Source: an uncultured virus (IMG/VR IMGVR_UViG_3300030294_000815) (Duplodnaviria > Heunggongvirae > Uroviricota > Caudoviricetes). From it: 64,000 nt of DNA. Of the stretch, positions 1-10,603 are shown in pieces. The DNA is taken from IMG/VR virus record IMGVR_UViG_3300030294_000815. One strand, written 5' to 3'. The notes beneath the pieces were generated by a model. The model saw only the letters and a program-made list of their open reading frames with translations, was not told where the DNA came from and searched no databases. Both the position numbers and the translations under genes were made by a program. Every line of letters starts with the position of its first letter. The stretch's first letter is position 1.

Positions 1-160
1 TTACCTCTGAAAAACTATTCCTTCATCCAAAAACAGTAAGGTATAGAATCGATAAAATTAAAAACCTAATCAACATAGATCTTACAAACCCTGAAGACTT
101 ACTTCAAATACAAATAGCTGCCAGACTATTTAAACTAATTGACGGAAGGAAAACAAATGA

Positions 161-1021
161 ATGACCGATCCTGAAATTTTTAGTTGCATAACAAAAGAAA
201 ATATTCATCTGCATGCAACCTTGTATAGAGCAAAACGCAACAGAAAAAACCTAACGATCTTATATTTTCATGGCGGTGGACTTCTCTATGGAATAAGCAC
301 CGACTTACCAGAAAATTATATAAATGAATTTTTAAATTCAGGCTATAATTTTTTAACGTTAGATTATCCCTTAGCACCAGAAACAAAACTCCACCTAATT
401 TTGAAATCCACTTTTGAATTACTTTCCTTCTATCTGAAAAATTTCAATACGATATTTTCACTAGAAAGTAACTCATATGTACTAATGGGAAGATCTGCCG
501 GCGCATATATCTGCTTTATGATGTATGATCGGCTAATAAAAAGTAAAGCCTTACTGCCAAAAGCAATCATCAGCCTGTATGGATACGCAAGACTTGACGA
601 AGTTGAATTTAGCACACCAAGCAAATATTATAAAAAGTTAGCTATTATACCTGATGAAAGCATAAAAAAAATTATTTCGGATCAGCCTGTAACATATGGG
701 CCAATGAATTTGAGATTTTGCCTTTATATAAAAGCCAGACAAGAGGGAACATGGATACGACAGCTCTGTGGAACAGATGCCCCCGAAAAATACTCCTTAT
801 CGGATGAAGCGCTTAAGATGTTCCCCCCGACAATATTAGCAGCTGCAACACTCGACCCAGATGTGCCATATAGAATATCAAAGACGCTATCAAAACGAAT
901 TCCAAATGCACACCTCATAACAATCTACCAAGACATCCACGACTTTGATAGAGATATCAACAATGCCTCTGGCAAAGCAACCTATAAAGAAATAATTAAC
1001 TGGCTAGAAAATAAAAGATAA
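161..1021 (+). CDS. alpha/beta hydrolase (esterase/lipase, HSL-like)
   Basis: HGGG oxyanion motif, GRSAG nucleophile elbow, D..HDF catalytic residues. Confidence 0.85.
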   Translation: MTDPEIFSCITKENIHLHATLYRAKRNRKNLTILYFHGGGLLYGISTDLPENYINEFLNSGYNFLTLDYPLAPETKLHLILKSTFELLSFYLKNFNTIFSLESNSYVLMGRSAGAYICFMMYDRLIKSKALLPKAIISLYGYARLDEVEFSTPSKYYKKLAIIPDESIKKIISDQPVTYGPMNLRFCLYIKARQEGTWIRQLCGTDAPEKYSLSDEALKMFPPTILAAATLDPDVPYRISKTLSKRIPNAHLITIYQDIHDFDRDINNASGKATYKEIINWLENKR

Positions 1022-1036
1022 TTACTCTTTTAAAGC

Positions 1037-1075
1037 AAAAAAACCGTTTAAACCTTTGGTTTAAACGGTTTTTTT
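1037..1075 (+). terminator. intrinsic terminator
   Basis: AAAAAAACCGTTTAAACC-TTT-GGTTTAAACGGTTTTTTT perfect hairpin after the hydrolase. Confidence 0.8.
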
Positions 1076-1267
1076 GACAAATCATTCGCAAATAATAGAT
1101 CTCATTATCGTTTGGCAACTATTTATTTGTTTAAAACAGACAAAGATAGTCAGACAAATTATCCTGTATGGATGATGAAAAAAAAGAAAAAGAGAAGTAC
1201 AATTGAATAGAAATCTATTACACGTAAAATACAGAACGTAATTTGAATGATAGTAGAATGAAAAGGA

Positions 1268-2359
1268 GTGTTATTTTCTATGAGTAATCAGGAAATGGTA
1301 TTACTAACGAAGGAAGAATTGCACCAGTTAATTAAGAGTAAGGTAATGAAAGCAGGACTACCGGAAGATCACGCACAGGAATTAGCCAATCACTTAAGCT
1401 ATGCAGATAGTCGAGGGGTTCATTCTCACGGATCCGTGCGTGTGGAATACTATTCGGAACGCATAGCAAAGGGAGGCAGTAATATAAACCCCAACTTCTC
1501 CTTTAAGAAAACCGGCCCTTGCACTGGTATCTACGAAGGAGATAATGCCATCGGGATGGTTGTGGCAAAAAATGGTATGCTCGAGGCTATAAAAATGGCA
1601 AAAGAAAATGGTATTGGTTTTGTTGGCATGCGTGAATTGGGCCATTGCGGTACCCTTTCCTATTTTTTAAGAATGGCTACCGCAGAAAATATGATCGGTA
1701 TGTCTATGTGCCAGTCCGACCCTATGGTAGTTCCATATGGATCGGCAGAACCCTACTTTGGAACAAATCCAATTGGCTTTGCCGTTCCCTGTGCTGGTCG
1801 CGCTCCCATTGTGTTTGATATGGCAACAACCGTAGGCGCTTGGGGAAAAATTTTGGATTCCAGAGCCCGAAATAAAGCTATTCCAGAAAACTGGGCCGTG
1901 GACAAGGAAGGTCAGCCTACAACTGACCCATTTGCTGTTGCTGGTCTTTTGGCCATCGCTGGTTCAAAGGGATATGGCTTAATGATGATGGTCGATATTT
2001 TATGTGGTTCTCTTTTAGGCATACCATCTGGAAAACATGTAAGTTCCATGTACGCTGATCTTTCTGCGGGACGTAATCTAGGACAGGTTCATTTAGTAAT
2101 AAATCCGGATTATTTTACCTCGCTAGATACCTTTAAAAATAACGTACGCAAAATGGTAGATGAGCTTCATGAGCTCAAACCTGCTAATGGTTTTGATAAA
2201 GTGTTAGTCCCTGGCGAATCTTCTGAAAAAAAAGCAAAAGACTATGAACGCCATGGTATCCCAATTGTAAAAGAAATTTATGATTATCTTATCAGTGATG
2301 ACATCCATTACAATCGTTACGAAGGAAAAAGTGCTTTTGCTTCCGATACATTAGATTAA
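1268..2359 (+). CDS. allD: ureidoglycolate dehydrogenase (Ldh_2 family oxidoreductase)
   Basis: ADSRGVHSHG, HCGTLSYF, GTNPIGFAVP, FDMATT and KGYGLMMMVDIL motifs typical of AllD/Ldh_2. Confidence 0.85.
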   Translation: MLFSMSNQEMVLLTKEELHQLIKSKVMKAGLPEDHAQELANHLSYADSRGVHSHGSVRVEYYSERIAKGGSNINPNFSFKKTGPCTGIYEGDNAIGMVVAKNGMLEAIKMAKENGIGFVGMRELGHCGTLSYFLRMATAENMIGMSMCQSDPMVVPYGSAEPYFGTNPIGFAVPCAGRAPIVFDMATTVGAWGKILDSRARNKAIPENWAVDKEGQPTTDPFAVAGLLAIAGSKGYGLMMMVDILCGSLLGIPSGKHVSSMYADLSAGRNLGQVHLVINPDYFTSLDTFKNNVRKMVDELHELKPANGFDKVLVPGESSEKKAKDYERHGIPIVKEIYDYLISDDIHYNRYEGKSAFASDTLD

Positions 2360-2404
2360 ACAGAAAAAATTTCACAATACTTGTGGTTGTAGACTGCAAT
2401 AAGC

Positions 2405-2450
2405 AAAAAAACCTCCTATCATAAAAATAATTTTGATAGGAGGTTTTTTT
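2405..2450. terminator. bidirectional intrinsic terminator
   Basis: AAAAAACCTCCTATCA...TGATAGGAGGTTTTTTT between convergent genes. Confidence 0.75.
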
Positions 2451-2553
2451 GACTCTATAAGTAGAAATTGCATTATATTTAGGAGCTGAAATCTATGCTA
2501 AAAAAGATGGCTCGCCTGCATTTGCAAACGAACCATCTTTTCTTTCGTAATTC

Positions 2554-3210
2554 TTAATCACATTTTCGCAAAAATGCTTCTATTTCCTTTTCCAATAACA
2601 AAAACACCTTGGCCAAAAGATAGCCATCCGCGGTCGCGTGGTTCAATCGCACACTTACAGGCATCCTAAGACGCCCTTTTTCCTCGCGATATCTACCCCA
2701 GTTCACGATGGGCAGAAAATAAAGGTAACCATCTGGCAGTTCCACATTCAGTGAATCATAGGACAGCCAAGAGATATATGAGGCATCGAACCAATTTGGA
2801 TGGTTTGCCATATCAAGACTATATTCCCGTGATTCTTTTGCCCGTACAATATCTGACATACAACTTTCGTAAAAATTCTGATATTCGGGGAAATATTCCG
2901 TATACACGGGCGTACAGGTTTCCGTATCCTCATGAAAAATATACTGGGTTGGATTGATCTTATCATAAACGATGACCTGCCCTGTTTCATACAAATACCC
3001 CAATCGGTAATCCTCCCGCGAATTCAGTACCTTCGCGAGAATATACAAAAAATCAATATAAAACTTGCTTCCTTTTTGTTTTGAATAAGCAACAAGTTCT
3101 GTCACATCCAACCGACTACTGATAGACACCGAACACTTACAATCCTCGGAAAAATGCTGAAATACACCACATCGATAGTATTTATCCATATCCATTATTT
3201 TATAATTCAT
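2554..3210 (-). CDS. chloramphenicol acetyltransferase (CatA-like) family protein
   Basis: 218 aa, SYISWLSY and catalytic NHATADGY motifs. Confidence 0.85.
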   Translation of the reverse strand: MNYKIMDMDKYYRCGVFQHFSEDCKCSVSISSRLDVTELVAYSKQKGSKFYIDFLYILAKVLNSREDYRLGYLYETGQVIVYDKINPTQYIFHEDTETCTPVYTEYFPEYQNFYESCMSDIVRAKESREYSLDMANHPNWFDASYISWLSYDSLNVELPDGYLYFLPIVNWGRYREEKGRLRMPVSVRLNHATADGYLLAKVFLLLEKEIEAFLRKCD

Positions 3211-3389
3211 TTTTTCAGCCTTCTTTACTTAAAAATTTATCATTAATTTTTAAAAGTAAAACCGGCATAATAGACGACTATTTTAATGCTTCATACAACC
3301 ATCGTCTGGTTTAACCGGCTTTGCATGAAGCATTTACAATGCATAAAATCATAAGCTATCCCATCCTTTTGTTGAATCATAGACAAAAT

Positions 3390-3809
3390 TCAATGTCCAC
3401 GATGCTTTTCCTTGCGTTTTTCTTCGTGCAATAAAAAACGTCGTTCCTGCTCCGCTTCCCGCCGCTCACGATTTATCGCTTTCTGCGACCGTTTCCCCGC
3501 TTCTTGCTGAAGGTTCAGCGCCTGCTGTGCCTTCGTACCAATCCCTTGCTGATTCACACTTCGCTTAATTTTACGTTGCAGCCGCTTAGGATTGATGTTT
3601 CGGACAAGCGGCTTTTCTTGGTACAGTATCGGACTAAAATATAATAATTGGCCGTTCTTTTGTAAAAACTCATATACTTCATAATCTTTCGGCTCCGCAC
3701 AAAATGTAATCTTGCAAACCGAATAAGCACTTCCCATCTGGCGTTCATAAAGACCTACCCAAAATGGTTCTTCAAAAAAAATAGTTAACTTTGCCATGGC
3801 TTCTTCCAT
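3390..3809 (-). CDS. yjdF: YjdF family protein (DUF2992)
   Basis: LTIFFEEPFWVG, AEPKDYEV, NPKRLQR, GTKAQQAL and K.KHRGH motifs. Confidence 0.9.
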   Translation of the reverse strand: MEEAMAKLTIFFEEPFWVGLYERQMGSAYSVCKITFCAEPKDYEVYEFLQKNGQLLYFSPILYQEKPLVRNINPKRLQRKIKRSVNQQGIGTKAQQALNLQQEAGKRSQKAINRERREAEQERRFLLHEEKRKEKHRGH

Positions 3810-3842
3810 ATAACCATGCCTCCTTTAAAATTTCACTTCGTA

Positions 3843-3925
3843 AAGAACGGACAACCAAAGGAGGCAGGTTACTGACAGCAAGCGCTGTGCCCGGACTACC
3901 GACCGGGGCTGTGTTTTTATCTTTA
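3843..3925 (-). ncRNA. yjdF riboswitch
   Basis: Minus strand reads AAAGATAAAAACACAGCCCCGGTCGGTAGTCCGGGC...AGTAACCTGCCTCCTTTGGTTGTCCGTTCTT, directly upstream of yjdF; resembles the yjdF RNA motif. Confidence 0.85.
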
Positions 3926-4084
3926 CAGTTTCTATCTTACCTCAATGTTTTCTTATTCGTCAAGACTACAGACTATTACATATAATTTCATTTTCAACAT
4001 ATGGAAACTATAGCCCATCGTAACGCGCTTCATGCATCATAGACATTTATAATAGAACCACAAACAAAAAAGGCTCCGCAATTA

Positions 4085-4146
4085 GCGAAGCCTTGAATTT
4101 ACTGGTGGGATTAACAGAATTCGAATCTGTGACCTCTTCGATGTCA
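4085..4146 (-). repeat. att-site copy 1 containing the 3' half of tRNA-Val(GAC) (4103-4146)
   Basis: 62 bp identical to 10201-10262; minus strand TGACATCGAAGAGGTCACAGATTCGAATTCTGTTAATCCCACCA = part of the anticodon arm, T-arm and CCA. Confidence 0.85.
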
Positions 4147-4328
4147 GCAGGAATATTGTGTAAATAAGATTTGAATACAACAGCTCATAGAGGCTTGATA
4201 TCACTGCTTTCGGGGGCTTTTATATATTATTATACTGGATTTAAGAATATTGCTATTTTTAAACTCCCTACAATCCCAATAAAGTGAGGTAGCAACACTT
4301 AAGCAACATAAAATTAATATTTTGTATT

Positions 4329-4910
4329 TTAGATCTTTTTAAATGATTCTATTAAGCTTTCCATTTCTTTGCTCATTGTATCACAATATTGTATAGGAAC
4401 ATTTGTAGTAAACATTGACCAACTATACCCACCGTCCATAAAGATAATATAAAAAGATTTTACATTATTGTTCATTATTATTTTTTTCTCTGATACTTCA
4501 AACCAAATTACTTTATGCGTTCCAATATCTTTTATAACCCCTTCCGTTTCGCCGTTTTTTTCCAAGTCCGGCAAACAATTAGATATTATATTCTGAAGTT
4601 TATCGTTTGATACTTCATTAAAAGATTTATAAGTTGAATTTACGATCTTTCCTTTAATATTGATACTTAGCATTATAGGTAACCCATTACAAGTTAAAGG
4701 TGATTTTTTAAATAAAGTAATCAATTCTCCAGTTTGTGGTGTTATAACAAGCCATCCTCTGGGAGGAGCCATTTGACAATGAAAGGCCTCATTTTCATAT
4801 AAATGGTATGGCTTCAACTCTAGTTCATCAACTGCAAATACATGCTTTTCTCCTAGTAAACATGATCCAAAGATAAAAAAGGCTATAAGTATTTTTAATG
4901 TTCTAATCAT
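4329..4910 (-). CDS. secreted hypothetical protein
   Basis: N-terminal signal-like hydrophobic segment; GGAG RBS. Confidence 0.6.
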   Translation of the reverse strand: MIRTLKILIAFFIFGSCLLGEKHVFAVDELELKPYHLYENEAFHCQMAPPRGWLVITPQTGELITLFKKSPLTCNGLPIMLSINIKGKIVNSTYKSFNEVSNDKLQNIISNCLPDLEKNGETEGVIKDIGTHKVIWFEVSEKKIIMNNNVKSFYIIFMDGGYSWSMFTTNVPIQYCDTMSKEMESLIESFKKI

Positions 4911-5364
4911 TATTAACTCCCTATAAATTAATCGTCATTACATCATTTTACATCTATTAAATAAATTTCCTTTATTAAACACAAATCATGCTAGAATTAG
5001 ATTCTAATTGGCCTTTCCCCGCGCGGTTAGACACCGAAAACAAAAGGAATCTCTCAATTTCGTAAAAATGCGTGATTTTTCGACACGTTCAAGCCAGTCA
5101 AGCTTGCTGGTGGCTTGAACTAGCAACCGCCTGATACGCTCTATGGAAATTTTCCCCCGGAGTATTCAATATTAATTACCGATGCCATAATAGAGATAAC
5201 GTTTGAACACAGATAAAATTATATTTATTTGTTGATGAAAGATAAACGCGTAACAGTTTCTTTCCACCTAGTTGCTTTACGGTTTACCCATAAGCACATA
5301 AAAAAGGCCCCGCCCCTGCATTACACAAAAGTTGAGACCATTTTGCAAAGTTACCAATAACATG

Positions 5365-8172
5365 CTAATCGATTACTTCATTTATACTAATCTCGCCCGA
5401 CTTTTTAATAATATTTTCCAACATTTTAATTAACTTCTCCCTTTCACCACTTTCGTTAGTAGCTATTCTGAGAATTGGTAAATTTATTGTTCTCAATATT
5501 TTGTCTTTCAAGGCATCTCTGCTCAGTTGTTTTTCATTATTATGATGATATGCATGACCATCAACCTCTACAACTAAAATTGCCTCTTTGTCCAGCTTGT
5601 TAAAAATTAAGAAATCAACATGTGTCCAAGGATTTTGCACGAACGTTCTTTCTTCTTGATTTAATACATTATAATCCTTAACTATAGAATTTAATGGTAT
5701 ATGAATAACACATTTAAATGAACCAAATTCAGCAATAGCCAGAACATCCTCAATCACGCTATACATGAGATTTTCTGATTTATACTTAGAAATATTTTTA
5801 CTTGAATTCATCACTTTTAAAAGTTTATGAGAATACTCACTATACATTAAATCAAAGACTGATATCTTTTCACTTTCTATTATCGATTCCCCTAATGAAT
5901 TATATTCTATATATCTAATCAAATCACCGATATTAGTCCCATGTTGTTTAAATAATCTATTTGATGTAACCACTATAAGTTCTTTTACACTACGAGAGAC
6001 AGCCACATTGATTAAGTTTGCATCATCAACAAATGAATTTATATCATTTACTACCGTCGAAAATATAATAGTATCTTTTTCTCTACCTTGATATTTATGT
6101 ATAGTATCAATTTCTATTTGGGGATATGTAATACGATTTGCGGTTTCATTAACTTGGCTTCTGTAAGGACATATAATCCCGACTCCACTACAATCTTGAT
6201 ACTGGTCTTTATATGCATCAAGAATTTCATCTTTAATAACTTCGATCTGGCGCAAATTATACCAACCTTTTCCATTATCACCGTTCCCTTTACGTGCATG
6301 ATTACCTAGTGCTGTTTTGTAAATTTTTAAAGGTATATCATTGGGTTTTTCTCCTGTCATGATTATCAATTGATTATTATAAAATTTTTCATTGCAGAAT
6401 CCTATTATCTTAGGGTGGCATCTATAATGTTCACTTAGTAACGTCTTTGGCAAATCAGCTTTGTATAAACTGATCAACGATTTTATAATGCTCTGCTTGC
6501 TATAATTATATGATTCTTCAATATTACTTTCATAGAATATTTCATTACTTATCTTTTCTATCTGTGACGTGACAATTTGTGGAAGTTGTTTTACATCACC
6601 AACAATAACAACATTTTTACAACAAGCTAAAGCTAATGACGCTGTTACTAAATCCACTTGGGATGCCTCATCTATAATTAGATAATCAAATAAATAATTC
6701 TCTTGTATGGAATTCATTATGGAATTAGTTGTACTTAATATTACTGGGAAATCCCCGATAAAGTCTTGAAATTTATATTTGAAATTATCAGCATTATAAA
6801 CCGCCCTTGTCTCATTTGAATATTTTTTATATAAAGCCGCTTTAAATAATTTCTTGGAATCCTCCGTATACTGCTCCATGAGTTCATTGCAATTTTTGCT
6901 TTCTAAATTTACTTGCAGGGAATCAATTTGCTGTTTTCTTTCCTCAATAGCGCTTGCATAGTAATCACTTTTTAGAGAATTAATTATATCTTGTTGGTTT
7001 TCATTAAAATATTCAAACTTATGAATGCCATATTTTATAAATAAATATGCTTTCATTATTAAATTAAAATTATTATTGACTAACATTTGTTCTTCGCAAT
7101 AAGTAATAAAATCTAAAATTGATTCACTAGACCATTTTTTATGAAAAGAAATTCTACAAACCGGAATATATAGATTTTTAAAATTATTTTTGAAATGCCT
7201 CTGTTCCACTTCAAGTTTTGAAAGTTCTTCTCTTAATTTTGATATTTTATTTTTATCTTCAAGTAAGATATCTAAATCATTAGAAACACTTCCCAGTTGT
7301 TCAGCTATTTTATTTATTTGTTCATTCTCTACAGCCCAATCCTTTATTTCCGGAACATTTGTTTGTTTTTCTAAAAAAAACTCCTTTTGATTCTTTACGT
7401 TACCTAATAAAGCTGTGATAAAACCATACCCATCTTTTACAAGTTTCTCCTGGACATTTGATGTTGCAGAATTATTACCTGCTACAATAGCAACAGTTTC
7501 TCCTTTAGCTACAATATTAGCAATAATATTTAAGATTGTTTGTGTCTTACCAGTTCCAGGAGGGCCTTCTATGATACTAATCTTTCTTTCCAACGCAGTC
7601 TTTACTGCTTGTTTTTGACTTAAATTAAAGCCAAATGGAAATATAAGGATATCTTTAATACTCGTCATGGTAATTTTATCGCGTGACAAATATGTCGTTA
7701 AGACACTATTTTCATTAATCTTAATAATTTTTTCATATTGCTTCAACAATACATCGCAAAAAGCACTATCGCCATTTACATGAGCAGATACTTTTTTCAA
7801 ATAATCAAAAATAGCCTTAGGTTGCTTCCGATTAAGACATGAATTCTGATAAGATATTTTCGACTTATGATACGTTTTCGCTCTTTGTTTATCATCTATT
7901 ATTTTAATGTATTCACCAAAGCCAAGTACTGAAAAAGGATTACTGATTGGAAATCCTTCAACACATATAATTACCTGATCAAAATTAATTTTTTTTGGAT
8001 TTTTCAATATAATTACTTTAGATGAATTATATTTGTAAGTTTTTTCATTTAAATAAGTGACTGCTACTTTATTTTTTTCATAAGAGCTCAGATCAATTAT
8101 TTCAGCAGTCTTATCTTCGAATTCTTGAGTTTTATTATTTCTTATTAAAATTAATTTTGTAAAAATATCCAT
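5365..8172 (-). CDS. SF1 (Upf1/DNA2-like) helicase with C-terminal DUF2726/Vsr-like nuclease
   Basis: GPPGTGKT, IIDEASQ, GDVKQL, EHYRCHP, YQGREKD and NVAVSR motifs; C-terminal HVDF..VEVDG..H...RD..KD. Confidence 0.85.
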   Translation of the reverse strand: MDIFTKLILIRNNKTQEFEDKTAEIIDLSSYEKNKVAVTYLNEKTYKYNSSKVIILKNPKKINFDQVIICVEGFPISNPFSVLGFGEYIKIIDDKQRAKTYHKSKISYQNSCLNRKQPKAIFDYLKKVSAHVNGDSAFCDVLLKQYEKIIKINENSVLTTYLSRDKITMTSIKDILIFPFGFNLSQKQAVKTALERKISIIEGPPGTGKTQTILNIIANIVAKGETVAIVAGNNSATSNVQEKLVKDGYGFITALLGNVKNQKEFFLEKQTNVPEIKDWAVENEQINKIAEQLGSVSNDLDILLEDKNKISKLREELSKLEVEQRHFKNNFKNLYIPVCRISFHKKWSSESILDFITYCEEQMLVNNNFNLIMKAYLFIKYGIHKFEYFNENQQDIINSLKSDYYASAIEERKQQIDSLQVNLESKNCNELMEQYTEDSKKLFKAALYKKYSNETRAVYNADNFKYKFQDFIGDFPVILSTTNSIMNSIQENYLFDYLIIDEASQVDLVTASLALACCKNVVIVGDVKQLPQIVTSQIEKISNEIFYESNIEESYNYSKQSIIKSLISLYKADLPKTLLSEHYRCHPKIIGFCNEKFYNNQLIIMTGEKPNDIPLKIYKTALGNHARKGNGDNGKGWYNLRQIEVIKDEILDAYKDQYQDCSGVGIICPYRSQVNETANRITYPQIEIDTIHKYQGREKDTIIFSTVVNDINSFVDDANLINVAVSRSVKELIVVTSNRLFKQHGTNIGDLIRYIEYNSLGESIIESEKISVFDLMYSEYSHKLLKVMNSSKNISKYKSENLMYSVIEDVLAIAEFGSFKCVIHIPLNSIVKDYNVLNQEERTFVQNPWTHVDFLIFNKLDKEAILVVEVDGHAYHHNNEKQLSRDALKDKILRTINLPILRIATNESGEREKLIKMLENIIKKSGEISINEVID

Positions 8173-8272
8173 GAAATTCTCCTTGGAATCCGCTATTAAT
8201 CGGGCTTAATATTTTAAGATTGTTGAATCATATTCTCGAAAAGATTCAACAATCTTAAATTCATTCATTAAA

Positions 8273-8537
8273 TCACGCCACCCCCAACGCCTTAAATACA
8301 GCATCCTCAGGTGACTGAAAAAATATCAAATGGAAATTACCCATAAGTTCAGTCGGTACCATTGCCATATCAACCGTTGATGTAATAGGCAACAATACTT
8401 TCTTTGCGCCACTATCGAGGCAAACCTGCAGCACATTGGCAAGTTCTTCAACCTTAATAATGCTGCCCCCGATACTCAAATCCCCTAGTATCGCCAGGCT
8501 GCTCAGTACAGGTTTATGCATGGCAGCAGAGCATAGT
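8273..8537 (-). pseudogene. brxL: C-terminal fragment of BREX Lon-like protein BrxL
   Basis: LCSAAMHKPVLSSLAILGDLSIGG...DSGAKKVLLP...PEDAVFKALGV resembles the BrxL C-terminus; only ~85 codons remain. Confidence 0.75.
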
Positions 8538-8539
8538 TT

Positions 8540-9631
8540 TTACTCGCACACAAAATTACCAATCGCCTTTCTGCAAGTGGCCGCCGCTGGTGAAAGTCCA
8601 ATTTCTTTACTGTTTTCACGCACCTTGTCCAACGATTCCTGGACAAACTCTTTCAGATCATCATCCGTTATATCGTCCATTGCTTTAATATAAATTTCTT
8701 CTGCTAAATTATATTGACCAAGTTTACTTAAAATATTGGCAGCTATAATAAGTGACTCCCCATTGAGGCCCTTTGACAGTGCTATCATTATATTTTCTTC
8801 CGCTTGATCATCTTCACCCAATTCCATTAAGTCATAGGCTCTTATTCTTAATTCTTCAGCCGTCTGAACTGGGGGCTTAATCGCCCGCTGTCGCCACACT
8901 TTAGCTGCTTCCTTAAAAAAGCTAACTAACTGAGATGGGGATTCATTTACACTCAACATTATAGGCAGAAAGCTACATACTTGAGCTAGTTTATGTAGTG
9001 CGGTAGCACTTGATGGGTAACCTAACCGCTCATCAGTAATCATAAGCATAGAGGTAGAACCAACGGTCTCACCATCCCTATGCATCAGCATAAGTCTTTT
9101 TAATAGTTCTTCAATTGTCGCAGTATCTTGATAAGATTTCCTATTAAAAGCCATCGATAATATAACACATAAGAGAGAATCACAACTTAGCTGGGAATAT
9201 TCGATCGGATCATGAGCTGACGATCGTAGCCCTTGGAAATTCTTATCAAAAAACATTTCTTTCACAAATAAATCTTTCTTCTCCGACTGTGAAAGCTTGG
9301 TTTCGAAATTATCATAGGTCTTTATTCTTTCATTCAAAGCACCTCTTCTAGAATAGACAAAGTCCTGTTTATGCACTAACCACGAATCAATATTTTGAAC
9401 TTGAATAGTAGTTATCTTCCCATGCTTATATGCAATCAGGCGCTCATCAATAATGTGATAACTCCAACTCTCGGAATCTCGCTCTTCATTCTTAATAGCA
9501 AATCCGATTGGTAACAGATCGTTCCTCATACCAAAACTCACAGCCAGAGGTGCTATCCCTAGATAATCCGCTGCTATTTTACAAGTAATTTTTCGGAAAC
9601 GCCTTATATCATCATCAGTTTAGTTGCCCAC
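8540..9631 (-). pseudogene. N-terminal HTH/excisionase-like plus C-terminal TPR protein, with an early in-frame stop
   Basis: RBS + GTG at 9631, TAA at codon 4, then a continuous frame (AADYLGIAP...LPIGFAIK) into ORF 8540..9541; TPR-like helices at the C-terminus. Confidence 0.5.
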
Positions 9632-10200
9632 GTTTTCACCCCCTCGAATTCCAGTACCAAGTTCATTGAACCTATCTTCCGTTTCCTGACACCAATTTAC
9701 ATCATAAATAAATTATAGCATAAATTATAGGAATTTTTGCTAATAAAGTAAGCTAGTCAAGGTAATTACACCTCAACCAGCTTACTTTTTCACTATTTAA
9801 ATTCATATTCAGTATTAAACTTATCGTGCTTCAGCTAATTCAGCTATATACATAAAGTCCTTTCTTATCGCTAATCCTCACCACCGTCAGTACCCACTAT
9901 CCAGTCAATCCCTTCTACTGTCATATCACCGTAATCATGCAAAACGCATAATATCAGCTTGTAAAAACTCCATATAATCCATACACTCTCTCCTGCTTAA
10001 CATATTCATTATTTGTATTATATCCCCTAAAATTCAATAACTATGCAGATGAGTATTTTTAAATATTAATTTAACTTTTGCTACCATATCACTATTTTTA
10101 TATTTTCATTGCCATGTCTTTGTTGCTATTGACACTAGTTTTAAACTAACTGTCACTAAAAATGTCACTAGTTGACATAAAAAAAAGGCCCGCATAACCT

Positions 10201-10264
10201 GCGAAGCCTTGAATTTACTGGTGGGATTAACAGAATTCGAATCTGTGACCTCTTCGATGTCAAC
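10201..10264 (-). repeat. att-site copy 2 (prophage boundary), 3' half of tRNA-Val(GAC) at 10219-10264
   Basis: GTTGACATCGAAGAGGTCACAGATTCGAATTCTGTTAATCCCACCA; tRNA similarity ends just past the anticodon loop. Confidence 0.85.
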
Positions 10265-10367
10265 TAGTCGCTATGGGTATTTTGTAGCAAATTAATCTTC
10301 TACAGTAGTCGCTCAGAGCCTTACAGGTAGCCACTTGTAAGGCTCTTTCTATTTTATCAGCGTTCAC

Positions 10368-10396
10368 CACAAAGTAGAATTTTCAACACAAAGTAG
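10368..10396. promoter_or_regulatory. putative integrase arm-type sites
   Basis: CACAAAGTAG direct repeat at 10368-10377 and 10387-10396, ~100 bp inside the att core. Confidence 0.45.
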
Positions 10397-10603
10397 CACA
10401 TGCCGTTTGCCATTGCAAACATTATTACTTAAGTTCAAACAGAATTGCATGAACCTAATCCGACCCTACCAAAAGTGTAAACCACATAAAATTAATATGT
10501 AAAATTATGGAACGTAAATAGTCTGAAAATTAAGCTACACGCATATATTTAAAGATAACAGACTTAAAACGAATCTCGATCTAGTCGATTTATTTTATCA
10601 CAA

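Larger units (their letters stand above)
4147..10200. mobile_element. degenerate tRNA-Val-integrated islet (defence-island remnant)
   Basis: Bounded by identical tRNA 3' fragments; AT-rich; BrxL fragment and helicase-nuclease inside; no integrase seen. Confidence 0.65.

Noticed and set aside
4103..10264. Intact tRNA genes at 4103 and 10219
   Set aside because: Both lack the 5' half (no D-arm or 5' acceptor strand); they are att remnants
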